Assembly: GCA_048213135.1 (NCBI GenBank)
Contig: PS015081.1
Location: 1-64,000 of the forward strand
DNA from: Reclinomonas americana ATCC 50394
Lineage: Eukaryota
Length of the DNA stretch: 64,000 nt
Reading direction: 5' to 3'
In this document: piece after piece, positions 62,459 to 64,000 of the stretch
Position numbering within the stretch: the first letter of the stretch is position 1
Layout of the letters: each line of letters begins with the position of its first letter
Translations under genes and position numbers: made by a program
Notes under the pieces: model-generated
Database searches by the model: none
What the model was told of the DNA's origin: nothing
What the model saw: only the letters and a program-made list of their open reading frames with translations

Positions 62459-64000
62459 CAAGCAAGCGCGGGAGATGAGCGCAATGCGAGCTCATGTCTG
62501 TTTTCGTCACAGCACACAGAAAGGGAGACACACGAGCAGTCACAGGCAATGCCTGTCTCTCACTCACATACACACACGCACGCCTGTGGAGAGAGAGAGA
62601 GACAGACACAGAGACAAGTGACACATTGAGTGCGACTGATGCACACCCCACGCACCATGATGTCGTGAGATGACTTGCACTCTCACTCACTCGCGCGATA
62701 TAGCACACAACGCTCTTTCTCTCTTTTCCTCAAAGAAGCAAGATCGTCTTCGTCGCTGTGGGACAACTCGTATTCACTGTCGACTTTGCACGGAACACAA
62801 AAAGCACAGCGACTGGGCATCCTCGCAGATGAAGCAGCGAAGGACTCGCAGCGGGAGTGGCTCTCCCTCGTCGACATCGTCGTCTTCGCGAGCGTGCAAT
62901 TCGGCGAGAGCTTCGAGAGCTTGACGTATGCAGGCCAGTTCGCGATTCAGCAGGCGCAGTGCACTCCATGGACCTGCCAGTCGATGTTAACGCTATGGCA
63001 ACTACCCAGTACTGCGTCGCCGTTGCGTACCTGTTGGCCACGTGAGGAAAGAGCCGGCGACGTCGGTCGTCTCCTTGTACGAATACAGCGAAGGTGACCC
63101 GGGCTTCATCACAAACATCGTGCGATGGTACGTCCACGCGACGACCCGCAACGTGCTCACTAGTGTGGCGCTTCTGGCGTGCCACACGCGGATGGATCCA
63201 TCTGCGCGCAAGCGTTCACTCGTCAACGCAAAGCGGCAGAGCAGGCTTCCCTCACCCCGCACTCACCAAAGGACGAGCTGACAAAGAAGGCGCTGTCGTT
63301 CGTGAACGCCACATCCGCGACGCCCAGCTCGTGCTGACTGGTAGACGCCAGCAGGCGTACGTCGCTCTCCAGCAACGCCCACACAAACAAGTGACCGGTG
63401 GGGTGACCGGTCACCAGCAGAGTCTCGTCGGGCGAGCATGCAGCGCATGTCAGCGAGTACTGCATGGGCGGCGACTGCCACGACTGCAGCGTCTGCGTAT
63501 CCCACCACTCCACGTCCGACGCCCGCATCACCAGCAGCAGCTGTCGATCCCCGTTCTCCAGCACCCTCAGAGGCGTGGCCGCCGTCGACTTCGGAAACAC
63601 ATTCAAACACTGCCCATCATCCGCACGCCACATGCGCACCGCCTCAGTGTGGGCGCTCGTGAACAGCAACTGCCCGTCTCTCGACGCCACCATACTCGTC
63701 ACCAGTCGCGTGTGCCCCTCCCGCTGCCACACCACACGCCGAGTCGCCACCTCCCACATAATCACCTGTCCAGGCACCTGTCGCCCATACCTGTACTGCA
63801 CGCCATCCGCACTGCACAAGAGCGTTCCACCGCGCAGAAACAGCATGGCTGTCACGGGGTTGAGGTGCGCTTGCAACTCATGAACTGTGCGCATCTCCTC
63901 CTCCTCCTCCTTCTCCTCTATGAGATACACTGTGCGATCGCCAGCACCTATCGCGACCCACGTGTCGCACACTGCCATGGAGCACACACCGTTCACTGTC
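57762..64000 (-). CDS. WD40 - PX - BAR - ARM-repeat fusion protein (sorting-nexin-like); 5' end beyond the window
   Basis: WD40 repeats (AHLNPVTAM, GHTRLVTSM, FFVSSSF|DGSIRVW). PX VFRRFSDFRW|LYDTL...IIVPPLP...RTRALQLFLSKVAAIPEL...FLKFL. BAR end ELDRFEKMRVADITSALASFVEANVHHERE|MAHYWE. ARM-like helical repeats follow to TGA 57762. Confidence 0.75.

Noticed and set aside
1-64000. Alternative genetic code suggested by fragmented ORFs
   Set aside because: In the models I built, the in-frame stops fall inside short introns, and TAA (12949), TAG (33049) and TGA (4534) all end genes.

Overview
Gene-dense, intron-rich eukaryotic DNA from a draft assembly with many N gaps. The content suggests a flagellated protist: an axonemal dynein light-chain-domain protein and a hybrid histidine kinase are present. 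Standard genetic code. I reconstructed about 15 spliced genes by hand: a triple-RRM protein, MPS1/TTK kinase, two small orphans, a cold-shock/SAM-like/U-box protein, an AXDND1/TSNAXIP1-like protein, a PH-like/PsbP-like/4xEF-hand protein, an acylated WCA (Arp2/3 activator) protein, a giant type I surface protein, a DUF1295 protein, a multi-PAS hybrid histidine kinase, an ARID1/SWI1-like protein, an amastin/claudin-like protein and a WD40-PX-BAR-ARM fusion. The most striking signal is in the splice sites. At least 22 phase-consistent introns begin GTTGCG, and four more begin GTTGAG, GTTACG or GTTGTG. This is the local GTGCG/GTGAG donor with one extra T, and it almost always follows a non-G exon end, resembling the very rare 'shifted' atypical 5' splice sites of mammals but used here as a major class. 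All gene models and domain calls come from reading the sequence without database searches or transcript data.
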